A DNA stretch of 64,000 bases, from NCBI GenBank assembly GCA_003666385.1, contig QPIN01000058.1:1488-65487 (forward strand), in the 5' to 3' direction. The position numbers were made by a program, and so were the translations under genes. The stretch comes from Methylococcales symbiont of Hymedesmia sp. n. MRB-2018. GTDB lineage: Bacteria > Pseudomonadota > Gammaproteobacteria > Methylococcales > Methylomonadaceae. The notes below the pieces were generated by a model. That model saw only the letters and a list, made by a program, of their open reading frames with translations, was not told where the DNA came from and did not search any database. Shown one piece after another: positions 24,903 to 35,079 of this stretch (positions within the stretch are counted from its first letter, which is position 1; each line of letters begins with the position of its first letter).

Positions 24903-25454
24903 TTAGTTACGCTGAAACAAATAATAAGCCACCTGCCCTGCTTTTTTATTTTTTAAGCAATGCCAGTTTTCAGGCATATCATCCAAAACCAGCCGACTCT
25001 CCACTTCAATATAAATTTTTGCCTGAACTGTTAACCAGCCCTTATCTTCCAGCCAATGACAAGTTTGTTGGGCTAATCCTTGGGTGAAAGGAGGATCAAG
25101 AAAAACGAGGTTGAACGGACTGGCATCAGCTACCAAAAATTTAAATACATCTGATTTAACAATGTTAACTTGCTGAGCCGAAAGTTTATCTATATTCTGT
25201 TTAATCAAGCGGCAAGCATTGGCGTTTTCTTCAACCATGGTCACAGAATCTGCATCTCTGGATGCGGCCTCAAACCCCAAAGCACCACTACCGGCAAATA
25301 AATCCAGGCACTGACTCCTTGCTACGTCTTGCTGTAGCCAATTAAATAATGTTTCTCTTGTTCTCGCAGGTGTCGGTCTTAAACCTAGTGATTCTTCAAA
25401 TGCTAATTGTCTGCTACGCCACTTACCAGCAATGATTCTCAGTTTACTTTCCAT
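24903..25454 (-). CDS. rsmD: 16S rRNA (guanine966-N2)-methyltransferase
   Basis: 183-aa ORF with LRIIAGKWRSR, the SAM motif LDLFAGSGALGFEA and DPPF. Confidence 0.87.
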   Translation of the reverse strand: MESKLRIIAGKWRSRQLAFEESLGLRPTPARTRETLFNWLQQDVARSQCLDLFAGSGALGFEAASRDADSVTMVEENANACRLIKQNIDKLSAQQVNIVKSDVFKFLVADASPFNLVFLDPPFTQGLAQQTCHWLEDKGWLTVQAKIYIEVESRLVLDDMPENWHCLKNKKAGQVAYYLFQRN

Positions 25455-25595
25455 TTAGCATCCCTAATTTCTACCTAGGATTTTTTTCATATTGAAGGCG
25501 CATAAATTATGCTTGGGCGCTTACGATATACACCAAGGGGTGTGTTTTATACTATTTTCAAAAATAAATGGGTGCTATATCGCCTCATTTATTTT

Positions 25596-27053
25596 TTATA
25601 GTGAACCCCATATATCATCCACTCTTTTTACTACATCTTTAGACATAGACATCGGTTTCCCCCATTCTCTATCCGTTTCACCTGGCCATTTATTAGTGGC
25701 ATCAAAACCCACTTTAGAACCTAAGCCAGAAACAGGTGAGGCAAAATCCAGATAGTCGATGGGTGTGTTTTCTAAAATAGTCAAATCGCGTGCTGGATCC
25801 ATGCGTGTAGTAATAGCCCAGATAACATCTTGCCAGTTTCTGACATTAACATCTTCATCGACCACGATGACAAATTTGGTATACATGAATTGGCGTAGAT
25901 AAGACCAGGTGCCTAACATGACTCGTTTAGCGTGACCAGCATATTGTTTTTTCATACTGATCACTGCCATGCGATAGGAACAACCTTCGGGTGGGAGATA
26001 AAAATCAATAATTTCTGGAAATTGCTTTTGCAAAATAGGGATAAACACTTCATTTAATGCCACCCCTAAAATAGCAGGCTCATCAGGGGGTCTGCCTGTA
26101 TAGGTACTGTGATATATGGGATTTTGTCTTTGTGTAATGCGTTCTATAGTAAATACAGGGAATTTATCCACTTCATTATAATAACCAGTATGGTCACCGA
26201 AAGGACCTTCTACTGCCATTTCATCAGGGTAGATAAAGCCTTCTAAGACGATTTCCGCATTGGCAGGTACTTGTAAATCATTAATCAGGCAATTGGCGAC
26301 TTCTGTTTTACTACCACGCAATAGACCAGCAAAGGCATATTCAGACAATGAATCTGGAATTGGGGTTACTGCTGCCAAAATAGTAGCTGGGTCTGCACCT
26401 AAGGCAACTGAAACAGGAAAAGGTTCGCCATGGTGTTGCTCTTGCCATTCTCTGAAATCCAGTGCTCCACCTCGATGTGCTAACCAACGCATAATGACTT
26501 TGTTTTTTGCAATTACCTGTTGACGATAAATACCCAGGTTTTGTCGGTCTTTATTAGGCCCTTGGGTGATGACCAAAGGCCATGTAATTAAAGGAGCTGC
26601 ATCACCTGGCCAGCAAGTTTGAATGGGATAAATACTTAAATCAATGTCATCGCCTTGCAAAATTACTTCTTGACAGGCTGGGTTTTTGATAACTTTAGGT
26701 GCCATATTCAATACTTTTTTGAATATCTGTACTTTTTCCAATGCGTCTTTCATACCTTTAGGCGGTTCAGGTTCTTTTAAGTAGGCCAGTAATTCACCAA
26801 TACCTCGTAATTCAGTCACCGAATCCACCCCCATCCCCGTAGCAACACGTTTAGGAGTACCAAAAAGATTGGCTAAAAGAGGAATGTTTGAGCCTTTAGG
26901 GTTTTCAAATAATAAAGCAGGGCCTTCTTCTTTTAAAGTACGATCACATATTTCAGTCATTTCCAGATAAGGGTCTATTTCAACGCTTATACGTTTAAGT
27001 TCACCTTGTTTTTCCAGCTGTTCTATAAAGTCTCGCAGGTCTTTATATTTCAT
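25596..27053 (-). CDS. ubiD: 4-hydroxy-3-polyprenylbenzoate decarboxylase
   Basis: 485-aa ORF starting [22 protein letters not shown], typical of UbiD. It overlaps prlC by 4 nt. Confidence 0.93.
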   Translation of the reverse strand: MKYKDLRDFIEQLEKQGELKRISVEIDPYLEMTEICDRTLKEEGPALLFENPKGSNIPLLANLFGTPKRVATGMGVDSVTELRGIGELLAYLKEPEPPKGMKDALEKVQIFKKVLNMAPKVIKNPACQEVILQGDDIDLSIYPIQTCWPGDAAPLITWPLVITQGPNKDRQNLGIYRQQVIAKNKVIMRWLAHRGGALDFREWQEQHHGEPFPVSVALGADPATILAAVTPIPDSLSEYAFAGLLRGSKTEVANCLINDLQVPANAEIVLEGFIYPDEMAVEGPFGDHTGYYNEVDKFPVFTIERITQRQNPIYHSTYTGRPPDEPAILGVALNEVFIPILQKQFPEIIDFYLPPEGCSYRMAVISMKKQYAGHAKRVMLGTWSYLRQFMYTKFVIVVDEDVNVRNWQDVIWAITTRMDPARDLTILENTPIDYLDFASPVSGLGSKVGFDATNKWPGETDREWGKPMSMSKDVVKRVDDIWGSL

Positions 27054-29089
27054 GTGGCAATACCCGTGTGTCTGAGTAGAGCATCAATTTCAGGTTCGCG
27101 TCCTCGGAAATCAACAAAGAGTTGCATGGCATCCTGACTACCGCCTTTTTCTAAAATTGAATGTAAAAAAGCTTTGCCGACAGTTTGGTTAAAAATACCT
27201 TTTTCTTCAAATAAGGAAAAAGCATCACTAGAAAGCACTTCTGCCCATTTGTAACTATAGTAACCAGCACCATAACCACCGGCAAAAATATGGGCAAAAC
27301 TGTGAGCAAAACGATTAAATTCGGGAGGCTGGACAACAGCTACCTGTTCTCTGATCTGATTTAAGGTTTTATAAACTTGCCCACCTTTTTTTGGGTCATA
27401 TTGTTGATGTATTCTAAAGTCAAACAAACTAAATTCAAGTTGCCTAACCATTAGCATTCCTGCTTGGAAGTTTTTTGCGTCCATCATTTTTTGAAATAAA
27501 TCATCAGGGAGTGCTTCACCCGTTTGATAATGACCAGAAATTAAAGTTAAGGCTTCTTTTTCCCAGCACCAGTTTTCCATAAATTGACTGGGTAGTTCCA
27601 CCGCATCCCATTCCACACCGTTAATGCCAGAAACACCTAAATGATCGACTTGGGTTAGTATATGTTGTAAACCGTGACCAAATTCATGGAACAAGGTAAG
27701 GACTTCATCATGTGTTAACAAGGCGGGATCATTACCAGCAGGCGGGGTAAAATTACAGCTTAAATATGCGACAGGTGTTTGAATATTTCCAGCAGACTTG
27801 TGACGACCTACGCAATCATCCATCCATGCTCCGCCGCGCTTTTTATCGCGGGCATATAAATCCAGAAAAAACTGACCACGCAATTGATTGTTTTCATCAT
27901 CTATTTGAAAAAATCGTACATCAGGATGCCAGCTATCAAAGTCAGTAATTTCAGTAATATTTAAACCATAAAGCCTTTCTACGACAGAGAATAAACCAGG
28001 GATGACAGATGTTACAGGAAAATATTCTTTTACTTGTTGCTGTGATAATTGATAAAAGTGCTGCCTCATTTTCTCTGAGAAATAAGCAATATCCCAAGCT
28101 TGAAGATTATGAATGCCGTATTGCTCTTTGGCAAAGGATTTAAGTTCTGCGAGGTCTTTACGTGCATGTCGCCAGGATTTATCAGCTAGGTTTTCTAAAA
28201 AGCCAGTAACATCTTCTGCTTTTTCAGCCATTTTTGTAAACAAAGATAATTCAGCATAATTGTTAAAGCCCAGTAATGTCGCCTTCTCATGCCTTAAAGC
28301 CAGGATTTGTTCCATCACTTGACTGTTATCCCATTGACCCTTGCCAGGCCCTTGGTCAGATGCTCGGGTTGAAAAGGCGGTATAAAGTTCTTTACGCAAT
28401 TCACGGTTATCAGCATAAGTCATAATCGCTAGATAAGAGGGGGTTTGTAGCGTGATTAACCAGCCATTCTGATTCTGACTTTTAGCAGTTTGTTTGGCTA
28501 AAGCTAATGCATCGTCTGGTAAACCTGCAAGCAGATCTTGGTCGGCGATCAGCTTACGCCAAGCGGTGGTAGCATCCAGCAAATTTTCATCATACTTACT
28601 GGATAAGGCAGATAATTGCTGATTAATTTGTTTATAACGCAATTGTTTTTCAGCTGATAAATCAATACCCGATAGACGAAAATCTCTTAAAGCATTATTG
28701 ATAATTTTTTGTTGGGATATTTCTAAAGTTGCATATTGATCACTCTCCAGAATCGTTTGATACGCTTTAAACAACTTCTGATTCTGTCCCATTTCAGTTG
28801 AATATTCACTCAGTTTGGGTAAACAGGCATTATGGGCATCTCTAAGTGCATCCGTATTGACGACTGCATTCATATGACTAATAGGAGACCACGCTTTATT
28901 TAATTTATCTTCAATTAATTCAATCGGTTCTATTAAATTTTCCCAGCTGTAATGTTGGCTGGCTTGCAGATGCTGTACTATGGTTTGACGTGCTTCAGCT
29001 AATAATGTGTCTATAGCCGTTTCAATATGTTCTGCTTTTATTTTGGAAAATTGCGGTAAAGTGGTGTTTTCAAGCAAGGGGTTATTCAT
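27050..29089 (-). CDS. prlC: Oligopeptidase A (M3 family)
   Basis: 679-aa ORF with the zinc motif [11 protein letters not shown]. Confidence 0.92.
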   Translation of the reverse strand: MNNPLLENTTLPQFSKIKAEHIETAIDTLLAEARQTIVQHLQASQHYSWENLIEPIELIEDKLNKAWSPISHMNAVVNTDALRDAHNACLPKLSEYSTEMGQNQKLFKAYQTILESDQYATLEISQQKIINNALRDFRLSGIDLSAEKQLRYKQINQQLSALSSKYDENLLDATTAWRKLIADQDLLAGLPDDALALAKQTAKSQNQNGWLITLQTPSYLAIMTYADNRELRKELYTAFSTRASDQGPGKGQWDNSQVMEQILALRHEKATLLGFNNYAELSLFTKMAEKAEDVTGFLENLADKSWRHARKDLAELKSFAKEQYGIHNLQAWDIAYFSEKMRQHFYQLSQQQVKEYFPVTSVIPGLFSVVERLYGLNITEITDFDSWHPDVRFFQIDDENNQLRGQFFLDLYARDKKRGGAWMDDCVGRHKSAGNIQTPVAYLSCNFTPPAGNDPALLTHDEVLTLFHEFGHGLQHILTQVDHLGVSGINGVEWDAVELPSQFMENWCWEKEALTLISGHYQTGEALPDDLFQKMMDAKNFQAGMLMVRQLEFSLFDFRIHQQYDPKKGGQVYKTLNQIREQVAVVQPPEFNRFAHSFAHIFAGGYGAGYYSYKWAEVLSSDAFSLFEEKGIFNQTVGKAFLHSILEKGGSQDAMQLFVDFRGREPEIDALLRHTGIAT

Positions 29090-29132
29090 GTTTTAACGAA
29101 AATTAGTTTAAATAAAAAGGGGTGAATTCGAC

Positions 29133-29300
29133 TCATAAACGCACCACTACCAATTGACGAGAATCCACGCTCGTCATCTCTAAAAACAGCTGATAAGGTG
29201 TTTTAAATCCCAGACATTTTCTCGGTCTGGAATTTAACTTATTCACTGCTATTTTAACATCGCTTGAATTCACATCATAAGTGCAACACTCGTTAGTCGG
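29133..29300 (-). pseudogene. IS30-family transposase C-terminal remnant
   Basis: The minus strand reads ...DVKIAVNKLNSRPRKCLGFKTPYQLFLEM...*. LN.RPRK.LGFKTP is the hallmark IS30 C-terminus. A TGA closes the frame upstream. Confidence 0.6.
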
Positions 29301-29352
29301 TCAAAAGGGTATATTAACCCTTCTTAAATCCGACAAGAAAAAGGAGTGAAAA

Positions 29353-29430
29353 ATAAAAGCATATACCCATTTGACCGAAGCACAAAGACACCCTATTTAT
29401 CTTGGGTTGAATTCGCCTTTACTTATTGCG
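29353..29430 (+). pseudogene. IS30-family transposase N-terminal remnant in the opposite orientation, with its start codon decayed to ATA
   Basis: AAGGAG-tgaaaa-ATA AAA GCA TAT ACC CAT TTG ACC GAA GCA CAA AGA... gives (M)KAYTHLTEAQRHPIYLGL, the IS30 N-terminal pattern. It overlaps the 3' end of the TPR lipoprotein gene. Confidence 0.5.
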
Positions 29431-30312
29431 CGTTAGCTTACTATTATTTTTCACTTCATCTAAAATATTGGCAATTCGTTTAAGCTTCCAATCATTTTTT
29501 AGATATTCATACACAAGTTGAGAGCGGAGAAAATACTCTTGTGCCTTATTCCATTGTTGCTTAGATCTGTAATATTGACCTAATTCAAATAAAGTTCCAG
29601 CAATACCCACTCGTGATATTTGTTCTTTATATAAAAAAAGTGCTTGCTGCATTTTTAATTCAGCTTCATCTTCAACGCCTTGCTGTAATAACAAACGCGC
29701 TTGAAAACGCAATAAACGAGCGTTTCCATCCATATTTTTATTGGTCATTTTTTTCAGGGCATGTGCATATCGCCGCGTCCACAAAAACGCATTTTGATTA
29801 TTCAAAAAAGCAATTTTAGTTTGATTGGCAATAGCCGCTAATTGAATCTCATTCGGCTTTGACATCACTTGTTTACCGATAAACTCAGGTAATATTTTTT
29901 GTAATAACTGTTCAGCCTCTATCAACTCATGTTTTTGTAATGCTATCTCACTAAAAAGTAGTGATATGCGTGAATTATAGCTTTTTAATAAGTCTTTTTT
30001 TGCAAGTGCTTTTGCGGCTAATAAGTACGCCTTGCTTTTGCTGGTCTCTTGCATAGCCAGTGTCACTTCTGCCAAATTAATATAACTTAACAAACTGCCT
30101 TCTTGATTATCTATCCCTTGATAAAGGCGTAAAGCTTTTGTAAAAAGATGTTCTGCTTTATTCCATTCTGCATTATTATAAGCATACACAGCATCATTGT
30201 TGTATTCTTTAATATCAGCAATTACCATGGGTTTTCTGACAGTATTACTACTACAGGCAGCAAGCAATAAACAACTCGGTAGAAAAAATAAAAACAAGCA
30301 AACTCTATTCAT
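29419..30312 (-). CDS. TPR-repeat lipoprotein
   Basis: 297-aa ORF with a lipobox (LLLAAC|SS) and TPR-like repeats throughout. It overlaps the upstream MCE gene by 8 nt. Confidence 0.75.
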   Translation of the reverse strand: MNRVCLFLFFLPSCLLLAACSSNTVRKPMVIADIKEYNNDAVYAYNNAEWNKAEHLFTKALRLYQGIDNQEGSLLSYINLAEVTLAMQETSKSKAYLLAAKALAKKDLLKSYNSRISLLFSEIALQKHELIEAEQLLQKILPEFIGKQVMSKPNEIQLAAIANQTKIAFLNNQNAFLWTRRYAHALKKMTNKNMDGNARLLRFQARLLLQQGVEDEAELKMQQALFLYKEQISRVGIAGTLFELGQYYRSKQQWNKAQEYFLRSQLVYEYLKNDWKLKRIANILDEVKNNSKLTRNK

Positions 30313-31318
30313 GATTTGAATGCGCGGGTATTAAAACGGGTTGTGCTGTTTTATTATTTGACAAGGGCCATGTATTTTGAACACTATCGAGCAAATTATC
30401 TGTTTTAGCCAATGCACGTTTTATCTCTATCGTTGTTCCTGGTATTTCCTTTAATTCACTATTAACCAAGGTTAAGGCTTTATTTGCCTGAGCAATTATT
30501 TCATGTAGTTCTTTTACTAGGTCTGGAATACTTGTTGAAGCATTTCGCATATCATTAACAAAATAAGTTGCATCATTTACAATAGGTTCTATCTGAACCA
30601 GTCTTTGTTTTGCGACAGCTATAATACCCTCTGCTTCACTCAATATTTTAGCCCCCGATTCTACAACTACTTTTAAATCTTCTTCCACTTTCTGGTCAAA
30701 AACGGCTGCGCCTATGGTGCCGCGTCCACTTGCAATTTTCTCAATGATTGCATGAACATTGCCCAAAGTTTGTTCTAATTTTGGCAAAAGAGTATCAACT
30801 TTTCCTAATAGTTTTTTACTATCCGTTACCTGGATAAGATTAGCAAGACTGAGCAACAAGTCATTTAGAGATGCTGTTTCATTAACAGGAATGGTTGCTC
30901 CCTCTGCTAGAATGGGTGCGTCAACAGAATCAGACCTTATTTCTATTAATGCATTACCAATACTGGTTAAGCGATTAACAATGGCTCTTGCCCCTTCTCT
31001 AATTAATGTTCGGTGCTTTTGATAAATATCAATAGTCACCTGAATTTTGCCATTCTGATATAAATTCAATTTCGAGACTCTTCCAATCTCTGCCCCTAAT
31101 GTTTTAACAATAGTTCCTTCTCCTAGACCTTCACTGCTATCAACATTCAAATAAAAAGTAACTCGATTTTCAAACAAATGCTGATTTTTTACACTGACAA
31201 CAATAAAAAATAAAAATATTACAAAACCAAAAAATATAAAAAAACCAACGATTCTTTCACGAAAAGTATAGGTGGTCTGATGTATATATTGCTCTTCATT
31301 GTTAAAACCAGTACTCAT
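30305..31318 (-). CDS. MlaD/MCE-domain protein with a long C-terminal helical extension
   Basis: 337-aa ORF with an N-terminal TM anchor, an MCE domain (VTFYLNVDSSEGLGEGTIVKTLGAEIGRVSKL...) and a coiled-coil-like tail of about 190 aa. Confidence 0.82.
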   Translation of the reverse strand: MSTGFNNEEQYIHQTTYTFRERIVGFFIFFGFVIFLFFIVVSVKNQHLFENRVTFYLNVDSSEGLGEGTIVKTLGAEIGRVSKLNLYQNGKIQVTIDIYQKHRTLIREGARAIVNRLTSIGNALIEIRSDSVDAPILAEGATIPVNETASLNDLLLSLANLIQVTDSKKLLGKVDTLLPKLEQTLGNVHAIIEKIASGRGTIGAAVFDQKVEEDLKVVVESGAKILSEAEGIIAVAKQRLVQIEPIVNDATYFVNDMRNASTSIPDLVKELHEIIAQANKALTLVNSELKEIPGTTIEIKRALAKTDNLLDSVQNTWPLSNNKTAQPVLIPAHSNHE

Positions 31319-31333
31319 AAAACTATTCTCTCC

Positions 31334-32083
31334 TTATAAAATACTTACTAATTCCTGCACGATAGCATCTTCTGACTGAAGAAAAGATTTCCAGCCATTA
31401 AAATTAATCATTTTATGTTCTGCAATAAAAATAATCTGATCTGCATGGTTTTCTATAAAATGGGGATATTGAAGTCCGCCAATCATGCACACCGCTCTAT
31501 TGCGTTTATAATCACCCAATAATTCCCACATTCTTTCACGTTCTTTCGCGCCTAGATTATTTAGGGGCACTTCTAGTATCAGTAATGCAGGGTCAAGAAT
31601 CAAGGCACGTGCCAACGCAAGCTGTGCCTGTTGAAAGCTATCCAGTTGAGAAGGAAGTGCAGTAAACTCAAACTGGCAATTCATTTCAGTGAGTAATTTT
31701 TTTGCTTTATCAATGATTTCTTCAAATGGTTTGTGGGTATGATAAAGTGCAGGCAACATGACGTTCATTAACCCATGTAGTGCAGAATGTAGAGGTGCAT
31801 TGCCAGAAAAATAGCCTATTCGACAACGAAATTTCCTCCATTGCAGCTCATTCAATTCAGCTACTTCTTGCCCAAATATTGTTACCTTACCTGAAATGGG
31901 TCTTGAAATTCCTGCCAACATCCATAAATAGGCTCTTAATTGTGGACGAGAAAAGCCAACCAAACAAGATAACTGGGAAGCAGATAACACACAATCTAAA
32001 GCTGGAAACGATAATGAACTTCCTTTTGCACTAGGAATTGCCTCGCTGGACACAACGGTTTCTATACTCGACACTTCTGTCAT
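31334..32083 (-). CDS. MlaF-like ABC ATPase homologue with degenerate catalytic motifs (predicted pseudo-ATPase)
   Basis: 249-aa ORF that is collinear with MlaF. Walker A is GFSRPQLR instead of GxSGxGKT/S. The signature is LDSFQ instead of LSGGQ/M. Walker B is LLILEVP instead of hhhhDEP. No H-loop His is present. It overlaps mlaE by 4 nt. Confidence 0.7.
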   Translation of the reverse strand: MTEVSSIETVVSSEAIPSAKGSSLSFPALDCVLSASQLSCLVGFSRPQLRAYLWMLAGISRPISGKVTIFGQEVAELNELQWRKFRCRIGYFSGNAPLHSALHGLMNVMLPALYHTHKPFEEIIDKAKKLLTEMNCQFEFTALPSQLDSFQQAQLALARALILDPALLILEVPLNNLGAKERERMWELLGDYKRNRAVCMIGGLQYPHFIENHADQIIFIAEHKMINFNGWKSFLQSEDAIVQELVSIL

Positions 32084-32862
32084 AATGAAAATACTATAAA
32101 ATAGCCATCAACTATAAGTAGACAAACCAAACATCTGACCACTGCTTTTTGCATCTGCTCTGAAACTAATGTCGAAGACTTTCCCACTAAAAGTCCATGA
32201 AAGCATGCAATAGTTCCAATGATCAATCCAAAAACTACATTTTTCACAAAAAACCTTAAAACGCCATTAAAACTTATCATGCCCAATAATTCTGTTAATG
32301 ATTTTTGTGCGGAAAAATCATAAAGAAAAGCACTAAAAAAAACGCTACAAATAATCATTACGGCTGTAAAGTAAAATGCTAAACAAATTTGACTAACAAC
32401 CATACTGAGTATTCTCGGAACAACAAAATAATCATCTACATTGATTCCCATGTATTCCAAGGGTTCTATTTCCCCTCCCGCTCGTGTAGTACCTAAATCA
32501 ACGACAATCGCAGAACATGAACGCCCAACCAGAATAAACCCAGTAGTCAATGGTCCCATTTCGCTAAGAACTAGACGTGCCAGAATCTCAATAAGATCAT
32601 TATTCCCTGTCAATGACTGAATAATATAAATTAATTGTGAAGTTACCCCTATTCCTACAAAAAAAGCCAATAACGAAATAATAGCAATTGCATTAATGCC
32701 TATTAAAATAAGCTGTTCTAACACGATAAAATACACAGCACGATTCAAAACATTACGATGAGGTTGCCAAACAGCCAATGTTTGAGTCAAGAAGCAGGTC
32801 AAATCAATCATATAAAAAACAAGGCTTATACAGTGCCTACCTAACCACGCAAAAAAATTCAT
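32080..32862 (-). CDS. MlaE-like ABC transporter permease
   Basis: 260-aa polytopic ORF. Its size, position and pattern are typical of MlaE/YrbE permeases. Confidence 0.8.
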   Translation of the reverse strand: MNFFAWLGRHCISLVFYMIDLTCFLTQTLAVWQPHRNVLNRAVYFIVLEQLILIGINAIAIISLLAFFVGIGVTSQLIYIIQSLTGNNDLIEILARLVLSEMGPLTTGFILVGRSCSAIVVDLGTTRAGGEIEPLEYMGINVDDYFVVPRILSMVVSQICLAFYFTAVMIICSVFFSAFLYDFSAQKSLTELLGMISFNGVLRFFVKNVVFGLIIGTIACFHGLLVGKSSTLVSEQMQKAVVRCLVCLLIVDGYFIVFSL

Positions 32863-32912
32863 TGTCTGATCTCTGGTTCAGAATATATTAAACTGGCATC
32901 GTGAAAAACATA

Positions 32913-34952
32913 TTATCCTATTAACACTGGAATAATAGATACTAATAACAATGTACTTCCCATTGTCACCATAGGCAATAATATTTTTTCATGTCGATAC
33001 CAAAAATTGCCACCTTCCAGAGCCGCTTTTGCAGCCTCTTCATACCCTATCATTTGCCGAGTCAATAAATGGTTAAGAGCGACAGGCGGGGTCAAATATC
33101 CTAATTCAAAAGAAACTAGGGCAATCATCCAAAAGTGTACGGGATTAATACCATTAGTATAGGCAATTTGAGCAAGTGTACCTGTGACCAGTACAACGGC
33201 ACCAAATGGATCCATAATCATACCTATACCCACTAAAACAACAACTAGAAAACTTAATGTTAACCAGACAGATGAAAATGTATTAGGAATGTCATTTAAC
33301 AATCCCGAACGCTCAATGACACCTCCCATCACAAAAGAAAGAGCCATCAGCATTAATAAAGCACCAATATGGACACTGGCCTCAGATGAGGCCATTCTTA
33401 TGCTATGTTCAAAAATCAGGCTTTTTCTTTCTGCTTTGTTTTTCTGTATTGCCGAATGAATACACGACTCATAAACTATTAAACATAAAATAATAATCGG
33501 CAATATAATCGGTGCAGAAAATTCATCCATAGACACCTTTAAACAATAGTCATAAGCAAAAACTATCAAAAACACAATAGAGATATAAGGTAACAATGGA
33601 AGCAATGCCTGTATAAAAGGTTTAAAAGCCTCTTTGACTGATGCTACTCGTATCTTTTCGCATTTAGTCAACAATACAAAAAAAAGAAAAACGACAATAG
33701 TGGTCATAAAAGTTTTCAAGCCCCAGTCAAAAAGCTGGTCAGTCACCACTTCTTTATTCAATGCCGCTATCAATACAACCAATAGGCAAGGTCGTAATAC
33801 CACACCCGCACTACCTGTCATTGCAGTGGCAGCTAATGCCATTTGTCGCCTAGCACCAGCATTAATCAATTGCTCATAAACAATGCTTCCCATGGCAATA
33901 ATAATAATACCTGATGCACCTGTATACGCTGTGGGTAATGCCATGACAATAATGGCCACAACAGCTAATAACTCAGGCGATAGTCGCCAAGGTATAAAGA
34001 CATTGAACACCAATTCACCTAATTGGGTTCGTTTCAACAACATACCCACCCAAATATACAAGCCTATATTAAGAAACAATCCTGCCTGATCAATCAATAA
34101 GCTAAAAAATATGGCTAAGCCTGCCCAATGCTCTTCCATTAGGAAAAAATAATTTGCAGCAAAGCCAGCCATAAAAACATAAAGGGGAATAGACAGCAAT
34201 GCATGATAAAAACTGCCCTCTTGTTTAAACTGCTTTTTCGGATTAAATAACTGGTATAGATTAATGATGACTAATGACGAAAACCCAACAATTAATAATA
34301 AATAGACTTCTGCGTGTTCAATGATTGTGGCAGATTGGTAAATACTTTTGCTATAAAACCAGGCTGATAATAATAAACAACCATTGGCAAAACATTGTGC
34401 CAGTGTAGAAACAAGATGATCATAAGTTGTAATAACAGGCTTAAAAGCAATATGCTGTTGCTTCACCGTGCATGTTATTGCACAAATAAATAGCATTAAC
34501 AGTAAAATCATACGTTGCATTTTAAATGCATACACACTAAAAAAAGCAGTGCTGGTTTCCAATGTACGAAAAATAATTACTGGTGTTGTGATTCTGCGCT
34601 GATTTTGTTTGGCTAGCTTATGCTTGCCACTACAAATTTTCCGATTTTCTTGTAATGATTCCCTGGCCGCATCTTGATCAAAAGGTTCACTTTCAAACAG
34701 GGCTTCCAATTCATCTTGGTTAGCTGCTTGTGCTTCCAGCTTAGTTAATTGGCTTTCAATATCTGCATTAGGGTTACAAGCAGGTGTAGGAATATCTGCT
34801 CTTAGCAAAAAGTAATCCTGCCAAAAATATTCCCCCAGATGTAATAAACGGGTATGAAATTGCCCAGCATTACCAGCAATAACGACAGCCAATAAGAGAA
34901 TAAAAACAGGCAATGAGGAAGCCCATTCTTGCAAACTTCTAATCCTTAGCAT
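32913..34952 (-). CDS. TRAP-type transporter fused (DctQ-like + DctM-like) large permease with an N-terminal coiled-coil insert
   Basis: 679-aa ORF. DctM-type blocks are LPTAYTGASGIIIIAMGSIVYE, TGSAGVVLRP and GMIMDPFGAVVLVTGTLAQIAY..GINPVHFWMIALVSFELGYLTPPVALN. Confidence 0.75.
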   Translation of the reverse strand: MLRIRSLQEWASSLPVFILLLAVVIAGNAGQFHTRLLHLGEYFWQDYFLLRADIPTPACNPNADIESQLTKLEAQAANQDELEALFESEPFDQDAARESLQENRKICSGKHKLAKQNQRRITTPVIIFRTLETSTAFFSVYAFKMQRMILLLMLFICAITCTVKQQHIAFKPVITTYDHLVSTLAQCFANGCLLLSAWFYSKSIYQSATIIEHAEVYLLLIVGFSSLVIINLYQLFNPKKQFKQEGSFYHALLSIPLYVFMAGFAANYFFLMEEHWAGLAIFFSLLIDQAGLFLNIGLYIWVGMLLKRTQLGELVFNVFIPWRLSPELLAVVAIIVMALPTAYTGASGIIIIAMGSIVYEQLINAGARRQMALAATAMTGSAGVVLRPCLLVVLIAALNKEVVTDQLFDWGLKTFMTTIVVFLFFVLLTKCEKIRVASVKEAFKPFIQALLPLLPYISIVFLIVFAYDYCLKVSMDEFSAPIILPIIILCLIVYESCIHSAIQKNKAERKSLIFEHSIRMASSEASVHIGALLMLMALSFVMGGVIERSGLLNDIPNTFSSVWLTLSFLVVVLVGIGMIMDPFGAVVLVTGTLAQIAYTNGINPVHFWMIALVSFELGYLTPPVALNHLLTRQMIGYEEAAKAALEGGNFWYRHEKILLPMVTMGSTLLLVSIIPVLIG

Positions 34953-34980
34953 TTTTTCATTGTTGTTTAAATTTCCAGCT

Positions 34981-35009
34981 TATACCATTTTCAAGAATTA
35001 ATGGTATTA
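34981..35009. repeat. REP-like 29-nt palindromic unit, copy R2
   Basis: tataccattttcaagaattaatggtatta, located between the binding-protein gene and the TRAP permease gene. Confidence 0.7.
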
Positions 35010-35079
35010 AAACGGGTTTTTAGGAAAAACACCCTGCGTGAGGATACGGTAATTATTGATAACTCCATTTTGATTCAGC

